In this document: positions 11,583 through 25,070 of the stretch, piece by piece
Position numbering within the stretch: the stretch's first letter is position 1
Layout of the letters: each line of letters starts with the position of its first letter
Source: Mobula hypostoma
Lineage: Eukaryota
NCBI RefSeq assembly: GCF_963921235.1
Contig: NC_086108.1
Coordinates: 108,254,001 to 108,318,000, forward strand
Length of the DNA stretch: 64,000 nt
Direction of reading: 5' to 3'
Notes under the pieces: model-generated
What the model saw: the letters and a program-made list of their open reading frames with translations, nothing else
Databases searched by the model: none
What the model was told of the DNA's origin: nothing
Translations under genes and position numbers: made by a program

Positions 11583-13112
11583 CAGTGACATGCAAAAGTT
11601 TGAGCACCCCGATCAAAATTTCCGTTACTGTGAATAGCTAAGCGATTACTTTTTTATTTCCATCTTTTACAGTTTCAAAATAACAAAAAAGGAAAAGGGC
11701 CTGAAGCGAAAGTTTGGGCACCCTGCATGGCCAGTACTTAGTAATAACCCCTTTGGCAAGCTTGTAAGTGCTTTCCGTAGCCAGCTAGGAGTCTTTCAAT
11801 TCCTGTTTGGGGGATTTTCGCCCATTCTTCCTTGCAGAAGGGTTCTAGTTCTGTGAGATTCTTGGGCTGTCTTGCATGCACTGCTCTTTTGAGGTCTATC
11901 CACAGATTCTTGATGATGTTTAGGTCAGGAGACCGTGAGGGCCATGGCAAAACCTTCAGCTTGCACCTCTTGAGGTAGTCCATTGTGGATTTTGAGGTGT
12001 GTTTAGGATCATTATCCTGTTGGAGAAGCCATCCTCTTTTCATCGTCAGCTTTTTTTACAGACGATGTGATGTTTGCTTCCAGAATTTGCTGGTATTTAA
12101 TTGAATTCATTCTCCCCTCTACCAGTGAAATGTTCCCCATGCCACTGGCCAAAGCATGATCGATCCACCCCCGTGCTTAACAGTTGGAGAGGTGTTCTTT
12201 TAATGAAATTCTGCACCCTTTTTTCTCCAAACATACCTTTGCTCATTGTGGCCAAAAAGTTCTATTTTAACTTCAGTCCACAGGACTTGTTTCCAAAATG
12301 CATCAGGCTTGTTTAGATGTTCCTTTGCAGACTTCTGACACTGAATTTTGTGGTGAGGATGCGGAAAAGGTTTTCTTCTGATGACTCTTCCATGAAGGTC
12401 ATATTTGTGCAGGTGTCGCTGCACAGTAGAACAGTGCAACACCACTCCAGAGTCTGCTAAATCTTCCTGAAGGTCTTTTTGCAGTCAAACGGGGGTTTTG
12501 ATTTGCCTTTCTAGCAATCCTACAAGCAGTTCTCTCGGAAAGTTTTCTTGGTCTTCCAGACCTCAACTTGACCTCCACTGTTCCTGTTAACTGCCATTTC
12601 TTAATTACATTACCAACTGAGGAAATGGCTACCTGAAAACACTTTGCTATCTTCTTATAGCCTTCTCCTGCTTTGTGGGCATCATTTATTTTAATTTTCA
12701 GAGTGCTAGACAGCTGCTTAGAGGAGCCCATGGCTGCTGATTGTCGGGACAAGGTTTGAGGAGTCAGGGTATTTATAAAGCTTTGAGATTTGCATCACCT
12801 GGCCTTTCCTAACGATGACTGTGAACAAGCCATCGTCCTAACAAGCTAATTAAGATCTGAGACTTTGGTAAAAGTTATCTGAGAGCTCAAATCTTTTGGA
12901 GTGCCCAAACTTTTGCATGGTGCTCCTTTCCTTTTTTTCACTCTAAAATTGTACAAAACAAAATTAATACACTAATCTTGCTTAAAATGTTGAAAAGAAT
13001 GTTTCATCTTTAACTTTATGACTTTTGGAGATCAGTTCATCTTCTACTCACTTTAACTATTCACAGTAACAGAAATTTTGACCAGTGGTGCCCAAACTTT
13101 TTCCTGCCACTG
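11583..13112 (-). mobile_element. Tc1 (IR/DR type) DNA transposon with frameshifted transposase pseudogene
   Basis: TA|CAGTG...CACTG|TA ends, inner repeats at about 11706 and 12900; transposase from ATG 12731 to 11738 in several frames: paired-like HTH, GRPRK, VLWTE, QQDNDPKH, WPSRSPDLNIIKNLW. Confidence 0.93.
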
Positions 13113-13169
13113 TATGTGAATGTTTGAGGAACTGAGGGGTACAGGGAACTGGGCACTGAAGAAGGGTTG

Positions 13170-13661
13170 AGACTGCAGAGGAGATTTACCAGGATGCTGC
13201 CTGGACTAGAGAGCATGTCCTATGAGAAGAGGTTGAGCGAGCGAGGACTTATTTCTTTAGAAATGAAGGAGAATGTGAGGAGACTTGATGGATGTGTTGA
13301 TGATGATAAGATGCATGGATGAAGTGGACTGACAGCCAGATATTTTTTCCTGGGGCAGAAACGTCTAATATGAGGGAACATAATTTTAAGATGTTTGGAG
13401 CAAAGTATAGGAGGGATGTCAGAGGTCAGTTCTTTACACAGAGAGTGGTGGGTGTGTAGAACACGCTGCCAGGGATAATGGAAGAGGCAGATACATTAGA
13501 GATATTTAAGAGGCTCCTAGGTAGGGGTAGGCATGTGGAAGAAAGAAAAATGGACATCTGTGTGGAGGGAAAGGGTTAGATTGATCTCGGAGTAGGTTAA
13601 AAGGCCAACACAGCATTATGGACTGCAGGGCCTTGACTGTGCTGTATTTGTCTATGTTCTA
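13170..13661 (+). mobile_element. CR1 LINE 3' fragment
   Basis: FTRMLPGLESMSYEKRL-type sequence and atgttcta tail. Confidence 0.7.
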
Positions 13662-14344
13662 ATTCTGTTAGTTGAAACATTTAGCAGCATATTGCAGGGA
13701 AAATCCATTAACAGATCATACAGCTAGTCTTTATCCCTGCTGTGTATTATTCTGTAAGCAGCTTAAAATGGATGTCTTTTCGCATGTATTCATATGTACC
13801 ATCTGCAGATGGGAACCCACTGTGTATATACCCATTCTCTCCATATGCTAGTTGCTATGAGCGACTGATAAAGTCCTTCACGTTAACCGTTGACCCACCC
13901 TGAGTCTGGTGCAGTGTTCACAGCGTCCTTCCAGCTCCTTAACAGTGTATTTCAGTTTCCTTTCCCACCCCCTCAAATCTGTTAAATAATTTCTGAGTTT
14001 TGTAGAAGAAAATATTCTCCTTTTGCTAAAGAATATAATGAAAATTGGTCAGGGCTAAAGATGATTCAACACTGATCTTTACTGTTAGAACTCCTGCATT
14101 TCAATAATTAATAATGATATGTATAACTGTGAATTGTAAAACCAAATGATTTCTTCCTTTCCAGGAACACAGTGAATACTGGATTTTCAAATCTGCTTCT
14201 TTAAGACCCGGTTGACTGGGCAGGTCAGGTTAATGTAACTGCAAGCTAGTTTAATCTAACTCAAGTGCGTCTAACTTCTTCCTCGGATTAGACAGTTGCT
14301 TTAAATAGTCTGGTGTGGCTTCTCAAAAATATGAGAAAGTCTGA

Positions 14345-14685
14345 TAGAAATCCAAAGCAACACACACAAAATGCTGGAGGAACTCAGCAGGTCAGGCAGC
14401 ATCTGTGGAAATGAATATGCAGTCGGCATTTTGGGCTGAGATCCTTAGTCAGGACTGGAAAGGAAGGTGGGAGGCAGCAGAATAAAAAGGTGGTTGGGAG
14501 GGGGAAGGAGGATAGCTAGAAAGTGATAGGAGGGTGGGAAAAGTAAAGGGCTGGAGAGAAAGGAATCTGATAGGAGACGAGAGTGGACCATGGTAGAAAG
14601 GGAAGGAGGGAACCCAAGGGGAGGTAATGAGTAGGTGAGAAGAGGTAAAAGGCCAGAGTGAGGAAAAGAGGAAGAGGAAATAGAA
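14345..14685 (-). mobile_element. Penelope terminal-repeat copy with degenerate hammerhead
   Basis: aatgctggaggaactcagcaggtcaggcagcatc plus purine-rich body as in other copies. Confidence 0.75.
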
Positions 14686-14939
14686 GTTTCTGACGCTTAA
14701 GCTACAGTCGAGAATGACAAAAGCAGTTGCAGCTTCCAATGTAATGCTGGCTTAAATGGGTGATCTTTCTCAAATGGAAGCTGTTAAAAGAGCTGACAAC
14801 TTTATCAGGAGGTAGACCCCTCCTCAGGAAATTGATTAATGGCCCTCTTATAGAAGGTCAAACTTGTCTTTGAATTCTGCTGATGCCACTGTTCATGAGG
14901 AATATTAGTCAGCGCCGAGCTCGAACTGACCAGTGCGTT

Positions 14940-15545
14940 TTGGAGAACTACAGCACAGACACACGCCCTCCAGCCCATCTTGTCCGTGCTGAACTACTAA
15001 CGTACCTAGTTGCTTTGACCTGTACCTGGACCATAACCCTCCATACCCCTCCCATCCAGGTACCTATCCAGACTTCTCTTAAATGTTGAAATCAAACCAC
15101 ATCCATTACTTCCCCTGGCAGTTCATTCCACACACTCTCCACCCTCTTAGAGAAGAAGTTCCTCCTCATATTTCCTTTAAACGTGTAGCCTTTCACCTTT
15201 AACCCATGACCTCTAGTTCTAGTCCCACCTAAACTCAGTGGAAAAAAGCCTGCTTGTATTTACCCTATCTAAACCCATCATAATTCTGTATACCTCTATG
15301 AAATTTCCCCTTGTTCTCCTTAGCTTCAGGGAATAAAATCTTAACCTATTCAACCTTTCTCTATAACTCAGGTCTTCAAATCCTGGCAACATCCTTGTAA
15401 ATTTTCTCTGTACTCTTTCAAACTTACTGATATCTTTCCTGTAGGTAGGTGACCAAAATGGCAATCAATGCTCCAAATTATCCTCACCAACATCTCACAC
15501 AACTTCAAATTAACATCCCAACTCCTGTACTCAATTAATTATGAA
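14940..15545 (-). mobile_element. CR1 LINE 3' fragment
   Basis: ORF 15219..15464 FWSPTYRKDISKFERVQRKFTRMLPG. Confidence 0.8.
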
Positions 15546-16409
15546 GGTCTACACTTGGCAGACTCTTATGCAGAGAACACATGATTTCATTACATGATCT
15601 CATTACTCTTCGGATGACAAGTGACTTGATAGAGGTGTGTAAGATGATGAGAGACATAGATAGGCTGGACAGCCAGTACCAGCAGAACTAAATGTGCCTG
15701 TTTCAATAATAATTTATATTCTGATTCTTCATTCAGAAATGGATAAGCTCGTGCTATGATGTCCCATTTGACAACCTGTTGCCTCTTCACTTCATTGATC
15801 CATATCCCTTTACAAGTCCTTCTGCATTCTCCTCACAATTTGCCAACCCACCCATCTCTGTATCATCAGCAGATTTGATCGCAGTGCACTCGGTCCCTTC
15901 ACCTGTGTTGGATTAGTGCCAAGATTATTGATTTCATTCTGTTTTCCTGGTAGTTTTAGCTTTTTTTTAATGCTTGATTCTATGTTTATATAATCACCTT
16001 TTTTGTCTCTGACAAGAGTTCACTGATGGCCTAAGTTTTCAAGGAGGAACACAGAAATGGAATAAACAGTTTTAGTTAGAACTGGACTGTGTGAGGAACC
16101 TGGAGTACTCTGAGGGAGTTAACCAAAGTGGTCACGGGGAGAGCAGACGAATTCCTTACAGACAGCAGCAGGAATTGAACCCAGATGACAATTGGTGCTC
16201 TTATGCATTACCCTAACTGCTGTACTACCGTGCTGCTCCTGTAAGCATGACATTTGCCCTTCGTTCTTAAACACAAGCGACACTGCAGATGCTGGAAATC
16301 TTGAGCAACATGCACAGGCTGGGGGAACTTTCTCAGCAAGGACTTGCTGAGTCCCTCCAGCACTTTGCATGTGCACATCATTCCTTAGAAGAAGAATGCC
16401 CTTAACTCC

Positions 16410-16600
16410 GAGTGGAGTCATCGGGACACCGTCATAACAGCGTTTTTTTAGCAGGCGTTCTTGTTTTTACAATGCCGAGTTGCTAGCTCAACGCTCAGCC
16501 CAGCATGGATGGGAAGTGTGCAAGGGAGCCGGCTGGGTTCGGACTCGGGAGCCTTCGCTCCGAAGTACGGTGCTGATGCCACTACGCCACTAGCCAGCGA
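16410..16600 (-). mobile_element. tRNA-derived SINE; related copies 40367-40600 (+) and 44933-45085 (+)
   Basis: Shared head gctggtggcg(c)agtggcatcagc...ttcgga...gagtt/cc...tttccatcc...gggttgagcg.gagctagcaac. Confidence 0.65.
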
Positions 16601-16896
16601 GCACATCATTCTTTACTTCCGAAGAAGCTTCATGTCCATCACAAGAACATCATGTCCAGATCTAACACCTGTTAATAGTGCAGATTATGAATAGTTAATC
16701 CCCCCCAGTGCCGACACCAAGAAGCTGTCTGCAAGTTCTTGAATGCCGATCCGAAATTGATCTGGAATAATTAAGTGAATAATTTGGAATCCAAACTTTC
16801 TATTTTCTGTTTGCAATTTTCCTACATATGCCAAATTATCACCTCCGGAAGGGTTGCTGAAACACAGTGGATTTCACTGTATTCATAATGCCTGGA

Positions 16897-17425
16897 CACT
16901 CAGTGGCCATTTTGTTCGACACCTTCAGTACTTAATAAAGTGGCTACTGAGTGTATGTTTGTGGTCTTCTGCTGCTGTAGCCCATCCATTTCAAGGTTCG
17001 ATGTGTTGTGTGTTCAGAGATGCCTTTCTGCACACCACTGTTGTAACATGTGGTTATTTGTGTTACTGTCGCCTTCCTGTCAGCTTGAACCAGTCTGGCA
17101 ATTCTCCTCTGACTTCTCATTATCAAGGCGTTTTCGTCCACAGAAATGCCACTGTTTTTCATTTTTCACAATATTTTCTTTAAACTCTAGAAACTGTTGT
17201 GTGTGAAAATCCCCGGAGATACTCAAACCAGCCCATCTGGCACCAGCAATCATTCCATGGTCACTTAGGTCATATTTCTTCCCCATTCTGATGTTTGTTC
17301 TGAAGAACAACCGAACCTCTTGACCATGTCTGCATGCTTTTACGTATTGAGTTGCTGCCACATGATTGGCTGATCAGATATTTGCATTAATGAGCAGGTG
17401 TACCTAATAAAGTGGCCACTGGGTG
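16897..17425 (-). mobile_element. Non-autonomous Tc1-type element
   Basis: CACTCAGTGGCCA / TGGCCACTGGGTG termini; transposase N-terminal remnant RRIARLVQADRKATVTQIT...RTLKWMGYSSRRP. Confidence 0.8.
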
Positions 17426-17849
17426 TAGACCTCTTTGTAAACCTACAGAACCAAACAAGGTTCTTTGGTCCACTGTACCTGGGGTGACTTCCCTGAAGCA
17501 TTCTAACTGTTTGTTCGAATGTTCATCCAGCCATTCCTAATCCAATAGTTGTTTCATTCTTTTGAATTATTTGATAGTTTCTGGGGACTTCTGAGAGAAT
17601 GTCTTCCAGATGAGAAGAACTCAGTCAATCAAAAGAATTATTCACCTTATCTCAATCAGTCAGCTTCATTTGCCAATTGAATTACATTTGTGTCCTCAGC
17701 GTATTGATTGCTCTGCCAGCTTTCAATAAGTTATTCCATTAAAGATCCTCCCATAATTCTAACAGCTCTGTGCAACATTTTGTGGTAGTAAACAACTTTT
17801 TTATATAATCTGAATAAGTCAGTCGTCCTCACTTACTCTCATTTATTTA

Positions 17850-18420
17850 TTCATTGAGATATGGTGCAGAATAGGCCCTTCTGACCCTTTAGGCCGTGCT
17901 GCCCAGCAATCCCCCATAACCCAATCCTACTCACGGGACAATTTACAATGAACAATTAACCTACCAACTGGCACGTCTTTAGATTGAAGGAGGAAACCCA
18001 CGTGCTCACAGGGAGAACGTACAAACTCCTTACCGGCAGTGGTGGGAATTAAACCCGGGTCGCTTGTACTGTAAAGTGTTGTGCTAACCACAACGCTACT
18101 GTGTTATGTAACTATTTATTTATCGGTTTGTTTCTTTATTTAAAAATACAGTGCAGAATCGGCCCTTAGATCTGCACTCCCCCCCCCAACCCCTCGATTT
18201 AACCCTATCCTAATCACAAGGCAGTTTACAATGGCCCATTTCCCTCCTAACCCGTACGTCTTTGGTCTGTGGGAGGAAACCAAAGCAGCTGAAGGAAACC
18301 CACACATTCCTCAGGGAGAATGTACAAACTCCTCACAGAGGACACTGGGAATGAACTCCAAACTCCCGACGCCCGGGCTGCAGTACCGTCGCGCCAAACG
18401 CTACGCTGCCGTTGCGGGTA
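17850..18420 (-). mobile_element. Two adjacent V-SINE copies
   Basis: Reverse-complement V-domain (ggaggaaacc...gggagaa.gtacaaactcc) twice, each with a (TTTA)n tail. Confidence 0.7.
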
Positions 18421-19309
18421 CTTGCGTACGAAATGATCTGACTGGAAGGTTAACAAATAAAAGCTATTCACCCTATCTCGGCACATGACGATAATGAATC
18501 ACTTACCAAAAGAAATCGGGCAGGAGATACAGGAGCCTGTAGACCCCCACTCAGGAACAGTTTCTTCCCCTCTCCAATCAGATTGCTCAACAGTCCACAA
18601 ATCCATGAGTACTACTTGCTGATTTGTTTTGCATTATTTGGTGGTTGTCCATCATGTCTGGCAATGTCAGGAAACCTGTGTGGGAGAGTTTTTAAAGTGG
18701 AAAAGCCGTTACACTGGGATAGTTCCACTCTCTCAACCTCAGAAGTCTGGGTCCAGTAGTATGGACGAGTGTCAGAAACTGGGGTCTACATTAGTTGCAG
18801 TGGATGACCATGACGTCTTCTGTGACTTGTGATACCCTTTGCTCCCCACCTTCCTGGCCGTTGGATCTCACTATAGATCTCATCCACTCAGTCCGCTGGA
18901 GCTGGTGTCACATGCCAGGACAGATATACCCCTAACTCACCAAAGTATGAGGCCCGACAGCTACCCTCACCTGGCTTCCCCCACCTGTGGAAGTGGTTCA
19001 CCGGGTGTGGCCGCTGTTGCATGCAAACAGCTACTTGGAGCTACGGGTGAGAGCAGAGGTAAGTGAGCTTCCCCAGAATGGACACGACAAGCCCCTTCCC
19101 CAGAGGTGCTACCCCTCCCTAGACACCCCATACACCACTTTGTATCGTTTATATATTTAGTAATTTGGAGCAATTTCATGTCTTTTCACTGTTTTGCTGT
19201 CAGAAAACAAATTTCACATCATGTAAAACACTGATAATAAACCTGATTCTGAAATCCATTTTGATACCATGCTTTGGGGCAGATGTGGAAATCCTAATGA
19301 TTCAGACCA

Positions 19310-20890
19310 CATAATATAGAATAGTAGAGGCCCTTTGGCCTACTTTAAGATAAATCAAATGTTTCCCTTCCACATGCGACACGATTTTTCTTTCATCCAT
19401 GTGCCTATCACTTGAGTGCCCCTAATGTATCTGGCTGAACCACCATCCCTATCAGTGCATTTCACACCCTCACCTCTCCCTTGGTGGTAAAACCTACCTC
19501 TGACATCCTTCCTGTACTTTCTTCCAATCACTTTAAGATTATAACAGCAGATCAGGAACCCATCCAATTTCGCTGTAAATATACCTGGTACTGGCTGATG
19601 TTGCCTGTGGGTTTCCTCCAGGTGCGTTTGTGCTTTTTATCACCTCCAACACTTCTATCAAGCCACCACTCACCCTCCATCGCTCCAAAGAGAGAAGCTC
19701 TATCTTGCTCATCATATCCTCATAAGACATGCTCTCAGGTCCAGGCAGCATCCTGGTGAATTTCCTCTGCACCTTCTCTAAAGCTTGCACATCCTTCCTT
19801 TAATGAGACAACCACATTTGAACACAATACTCCAAGTGTGACTTAACCAGAAGTTTTATGGAGCTGCAACATTACCCCATGGTCGGTTACTCAATCACCC
19901 TAACTAATGAAAGCCAATACACCGTACGCCTTCTTAACCACTCTATCAACTGCACAGCTACTTAGACCATAAGCTATAGGAGCAGAATTAGGCCGTTTGG
20001 CTGATCAGGTCTGCTCTGCCATTTCACCATGGCTCATCCAGTTTCCCTCTCAGCCACAGACTCTTGCCTTCTCCCCATATCCCTTCATGTCCAGACGAAT
20101 CAAGAATCTATCATCCTCTGTTTTAAATATACCCAATGACTTGGCCTCCGCAGCTGCCTGTGGCAAAAATTACACAGATTCACCACTCTCTGGCTTAAGA
20201 AATTCCTCCTCATCTCCATTCTAAAAGGACACTCCTCTACTCTGCAGCTGTAACTCCTGGTCTTAGACTCTCCCAACATAGGAAACATGCTCTCCACATC
20301 CACTGTATCAAGAGCTTTCAATATTTAACATAGAAACATAGAAAACCTACAGCACAATACGGGCCCTTCAGCCCACAAAGTTATGCTGAACCTACCTTAT
20401 AAATTACTAGGCTTACCCATAGCCCTCTATTTTTATAAATTCCATATACCTATCCAAAAGTCTCTTAAAAGAACCTATCACATCTGCCTCCACCACCGTT
20501 GCCAGCAGCCCATTCCAGACACTCACCACTCCCTGTGTAAAAAAAATTTACCCCTGACATCTCCACTATACCTACTCCCCAGCACCTTAAACCTGTGTCC
20601 TCTTGTGGCAACCATTTCAGCCCTGGGAAAAAGCCTCTGAATATCAATCACGATCAATGCCTCTCATCATCTTATACACCTCTATCAGGTCACCTCTCAT
20701 CCTCTGTCGCTCCAAGGAGAAAAGGCCGAGTTCACTCAACCTGTTTTCAGAAGGCATGCTCCCCAATCCAGGCAACATCCTTGTAAATCTCCTCTGCACC
20801 CTTTCTATGGTTTCCACATCCTTCCTGTAGTGAGGCGACCAGAACTGAGCACAGTACTGATAGATTTGTTTGGTTTCAATGAGGTCACCC
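19310..20890 (-). mobile_element. Cluster of nested CR1 3' fragments
   Basis: ORFs 19539..19790, 20100..20321, 20644..20949 (YCAQFWSPHYRKDVETIERVQRRFTRMLPG). Confidence 0.8.
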
Positions 20891-22399
20891 TCTCCCCTTT
20901 GAGGGATCTTTGGATGTTGATTCCAAGATCCCTCTGTTCCTTCACACATTTGCCCATGTCATGACCCTTGGGTTCTCTCTGAAGTCAAAGTTGACTTTAT
21001 TGTCATAGGCATGTCCATGGATGTTCAAGTGGAATGAAAAATGGAACAGCATCACATAGCGTCAAAGTTCAAAGTAAATGTATCATCAAAGTACATATAT
21101 GCCACCATATACAACCCTGAGATTGATTTTGTTGCCGACATACACAATAAATCTATAGTAGAATAATAACCATAACAGAATCAATGAAAGGCTAAACCAA
21201 CTCGAACAATCAACCAGAGTGCAGAAGGCAATAAACTGTGCAGGTACAAAAATAAATAATCATAATAAATAAATAAGCAATAAATATCGAGAACATGAGA
21301 TGAAGACTCCTTGAAAGTGAGTCCATAGGTTGTGAGAACATTTCAGTGATGGGACAGGTGATGTTGAGTGAAGTTATCCCTCTGGTTCAAGGGCCGAGGG
21401 GTAATAAACTGTTCCTGAACCTGGTGGTGTGGGTCCTGAAGCTCCTATATCTAATTCCAGGTGGCAGCAGTGAGAAGAGAGCATGACCTGTGTGGTGGGA
21501 GTCCCTGATGATGATCATAAGAGACAAGAAAAATATAAATAATTAATAATATCCAGTTTTCACAAGAAAACACAATTAAAACAAAAAAAAAAGTTATTGT
21601 AGTGCAGAGTTGTCAAAGTATGCTGCCAGTCGGTGGTGATTAGAGCGGTGCTGCTTGGTACAAGGACTGAATAGTTTAAGGGAAGTAGTCTTCTGGTGCG
21701 GGACTTCAAGCTTATATATCTCCCTAGACCTCTGTCCTCTAATCCTTGATTCACCAACACTAGGGAAAATACTGTGTTCAGTCACCCTATCTATACCCCT
21801 CATCATTTATACCCCTCCATAAAAACATCCCTCAGTCTCCTATGTTCCAAGGAATAATGTCCTAGCCTACGCAAACCCTCCCTATTAGCTCAGTCCCTCG
21901 AGTTATTGCAAAATCCTTGTAAATCCTCCCTTTAATGTTTCCAACTATCACCACAAGACAATAAGACTTCGGACTAAAGTTGGGCCAGTTCGACCCACTA
22001 AGTCTTCCCGCCATTCCATTGTGGTTGGTGTATTATCCCTCTCAACCCCATCTGCCTGCCTTCTCCCCTAATCTGTGATGCCCTTACTATTCAAAAATCA
22101 ATCCCCACTTTAAATATACACAATGACTTGGCCTCTACAGCCACCTGTGGCACGTCGATTCTATCTAGGTATTTCAATATTCGGTTTTGAAATGAGAGAT
22201 CCTCCCTCATTCTTCACAGCTCCATCAAACACATCTCATGTGTTAATCCTTTAATTTGTGTTCCTCACCAGCCTCTCCCTCTCTTTTATATTGTGTTCTC
22301 ATCTATTCCTCTTCACTCTCTCTGACACACAGTCTCGCTCTTTCCTTTTCTCTGTTGCATTCTTTCTCCCTCTCTCTACGCCGCATCCTGTCTCCTGCT

Positions 22400-22447
22400 C
22401 TGTCTCTGTGTGTGTGTGTGTGTCTCTCTCTCTCTCTCTCTCTCTCT

Positions 22448-22528
<81 letters not shown>

Positions 22529-22545
22529 GGTTCTCTCTCTCTCAC
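22400..22545. repeat. Compound microsatellite (TG)n(TC)n(CA)n
   Basis: Directly visible dinucleotide runs. Confidence 0.95.
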
Positions 22546-24739
22546 TCACTTTCTCTCTCCCTCTCTGTTAGTGTCATTCTCTCTGTCTCGCTCTCTCTCC
22601 CTCCCTCTGACTACACATTGAAACTGATGAAGACTGATGAATAAGGTGTATGTAATCCACCTGGACATTTGTTTCTCTCCTCCCCGGCCCCCCCCATGTC
22701 TCTTGCCTTGAAGTGTCGCAGATGGGACCAAAGTAAAGTAATCTCAGACTCTCGTGTTGAGGGCAGGGAATTTGTTTGCATATGTAGTCCCAAAGCTCAG
22801 GAGAATTTCAACACATCTCTTGGTTCAGTGAGGCAGTTAATCATTTGAGTGCCGTTGGATACAGGAATTCACTCCAAAGAATTTGTGTAAACATTCGGAA
22901 AAGATGACAATTCTGAGAAGCTTGGTAAATTGTACCTTTTTACTTTGGTTCTTGAATCTGGTTTATATCATTTGAATCCCGCTATGAATATTCAACAACG
23001 TACTTACATGTCATAAATGCGAAGAGCTGAAATGCTTCAAAGGGATGTTATCTGACAGAACTTGGCATCATTCTGCGCTGCGAGGTTAATTTTAGGCATG
23101 ACTGGCGGAGATAGGGTAATGTAAGGGAGAGGGGATGGATGAGGGATTATGCTTAAAACTGTCTTAAAACTGTGACCAGAGAAGTAGGAGAGAGATGGAA
23201 GGAATACTGTTCTATGCAGGGAGCGGTGATGAGCCCAGACCTGTCTGCCTGCTGAGGAGGGGAAACAGAGCCTACAAAGGAGACTTCAAAATGCATTTAA
23301 CAGCGAACAGTCTGCAGGGCTACAACAAAATAAAAGGGAGGAAAGAAGAGACCTTAAGACCAGAAGACATGGGAACAGAATGAGGCTATTCCGCCTGTCA
23401 ACTCAATGGTCTACCATTCTATCATGGCTGATTTATTATCCCTCTCAACCCCATTCTCCTGCCTTCTCTCCATAACCTTTGATACCCTACTAATCAAGAA
23501 CCCATCAATCTCTGCTTTACATATACCCCATGACTTGGCTGCCACAGCAGTCAGTGGCAATCGATTCCATAGACTCATCGCCCTTTGGTTCTCAGTTCCG
23601 AGGTTGTGCTCTCTGTTCCTAGACTCTCCCACTATTGGGAACATCCTCTACATGCCCACTCTTATCTAGTCATTTCAATATTCAGAAGATTTCAATGACG
23701 CCCTTCCTTATTCTTCTAAACTCCATCATGTACAGGCACACACTTCTCATTCATCAGCCCTTTCTTTCTGAGATCATTCTTGTGAACATCTTCTGGACCC
23801 TCTCCTCAAAGAGGTTAACTCAGCTTCATTTCCCCATAACTGAACTGTTCCCACAACCTATGGACTCACTTTCAAAGACTGTTCATCTAAGCTTCTGAAT
23901 ACTAATTTATTTCTATTATTTCTTTTTTTTTCTTTCCAATGTATTTGCACAGATTTGTTACCTTTTACCCACTGGTTGTCCATCCTGTTGCTGTAGTCTT
24001 TCGTTTATTGCATTTATTGTCACTTGCTGAAATTCAGTGCAAAACATCTGTGTGCTCTTCAGACAGATGTTTCCTTGCTTAAATACGCCAAGATAGTCAC
24101 TGTCATTATGTGTCGTGTCATATGATGTGGGCGATCATGGTTCTTGGCAAATTTTGCTACAGAAGTTGTTTGCCATTGCCTCCTTCTGGGAAGCATCTTT
24201 ACAAGACGGGTGACTCCAGCCATTATCGACACTCTTCGGAGATTGCCTGGCGCAGTGGTCGCATAGCCAGGACTTGCGATGTGCACCAGCGGCTCCTACA
24301 ACCAGCCACCACCTGCTCCCATGGCTTCATGTGACCCTGATCGGGGGCTAAGCGGGTGCTACACCCTGCCCAAGGGTGACATGCACCTTACACCCCCTTT
24401 GGTAGAGATGTATTTCCATCACACCAACCAATCAAAGTAGCACAGAGGGTAAAACAGAATACAGATTATAGTGTTACATCCACAGAGAAATTACAGAATG
24501 CAGGATATGGTGTTGTAGTTAGAGAGAACTCTGCCGTGCAGCTGGACAAATAAATCTTACAGACCAGTGAGGTAGGTTGGGAGATCAAGAGTTCACCTTC
24601 CTGTGTGAGATTTCTCTTCCATAGTCAGATAGCAGCAGGATAGAAGATGTCCTCAGTCCTGGTGAAAAATGGAAAATCGGTTTACTATTGTCATGTATAC
24701 TGAGGGACAGTGAAAAGTTTTTATTTATTTATTTATTTA

Positions 24740-25020
24740 TTTATTGGGATACTGCGTGGAATAGGCCCTTCCAGCCCTTTGAACCACACCGCCCAGCAAT
24801 CCACCGATTTAACCCCAGCCTAATCACAGGACAACTTACAATGACCGATTAACCTACCAATCCGTACGTTTTTGGACTGTGGGCGGAAATCGGAGCATCT
24901 GGAGGAAACCCACGTGGTCACAGGGAGAACATACAGACTGCTTACCAACAGTGTTGAGAATCAAACCCAGATCACTGGTACTGTAAAGCGCTGTGCTAAC
25001 CACTACGTTAGCATGCCACC
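24740..25020 (-). mobile_element. V-SINE
   Basis: Reverse V-domain ttggactgtgggcggaaatcggagcatctggaggaaacccac; (TTTA)n tail at 24720-24745. Confidence 0.75.
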
Positions 25021-25070
25021 TCATGTCCTCCATACGGATCTGTTCATTACAACAGTGCATCGAGGAAGTA

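Noticed and set aside
14420..14457. Degenerate hammerhead copies (also 2146, 5936, 31437, 32324, 43560, 45710, 48963) as active ribozymes
   Set aside because: Each has a substitution or deletion in the CUGANGA or GAAA box; counted only as family remnants.
22256..22644. ORFs rich in SL/HT/RE/CV dipeptides
   Set aside because: Microsatellite translations.
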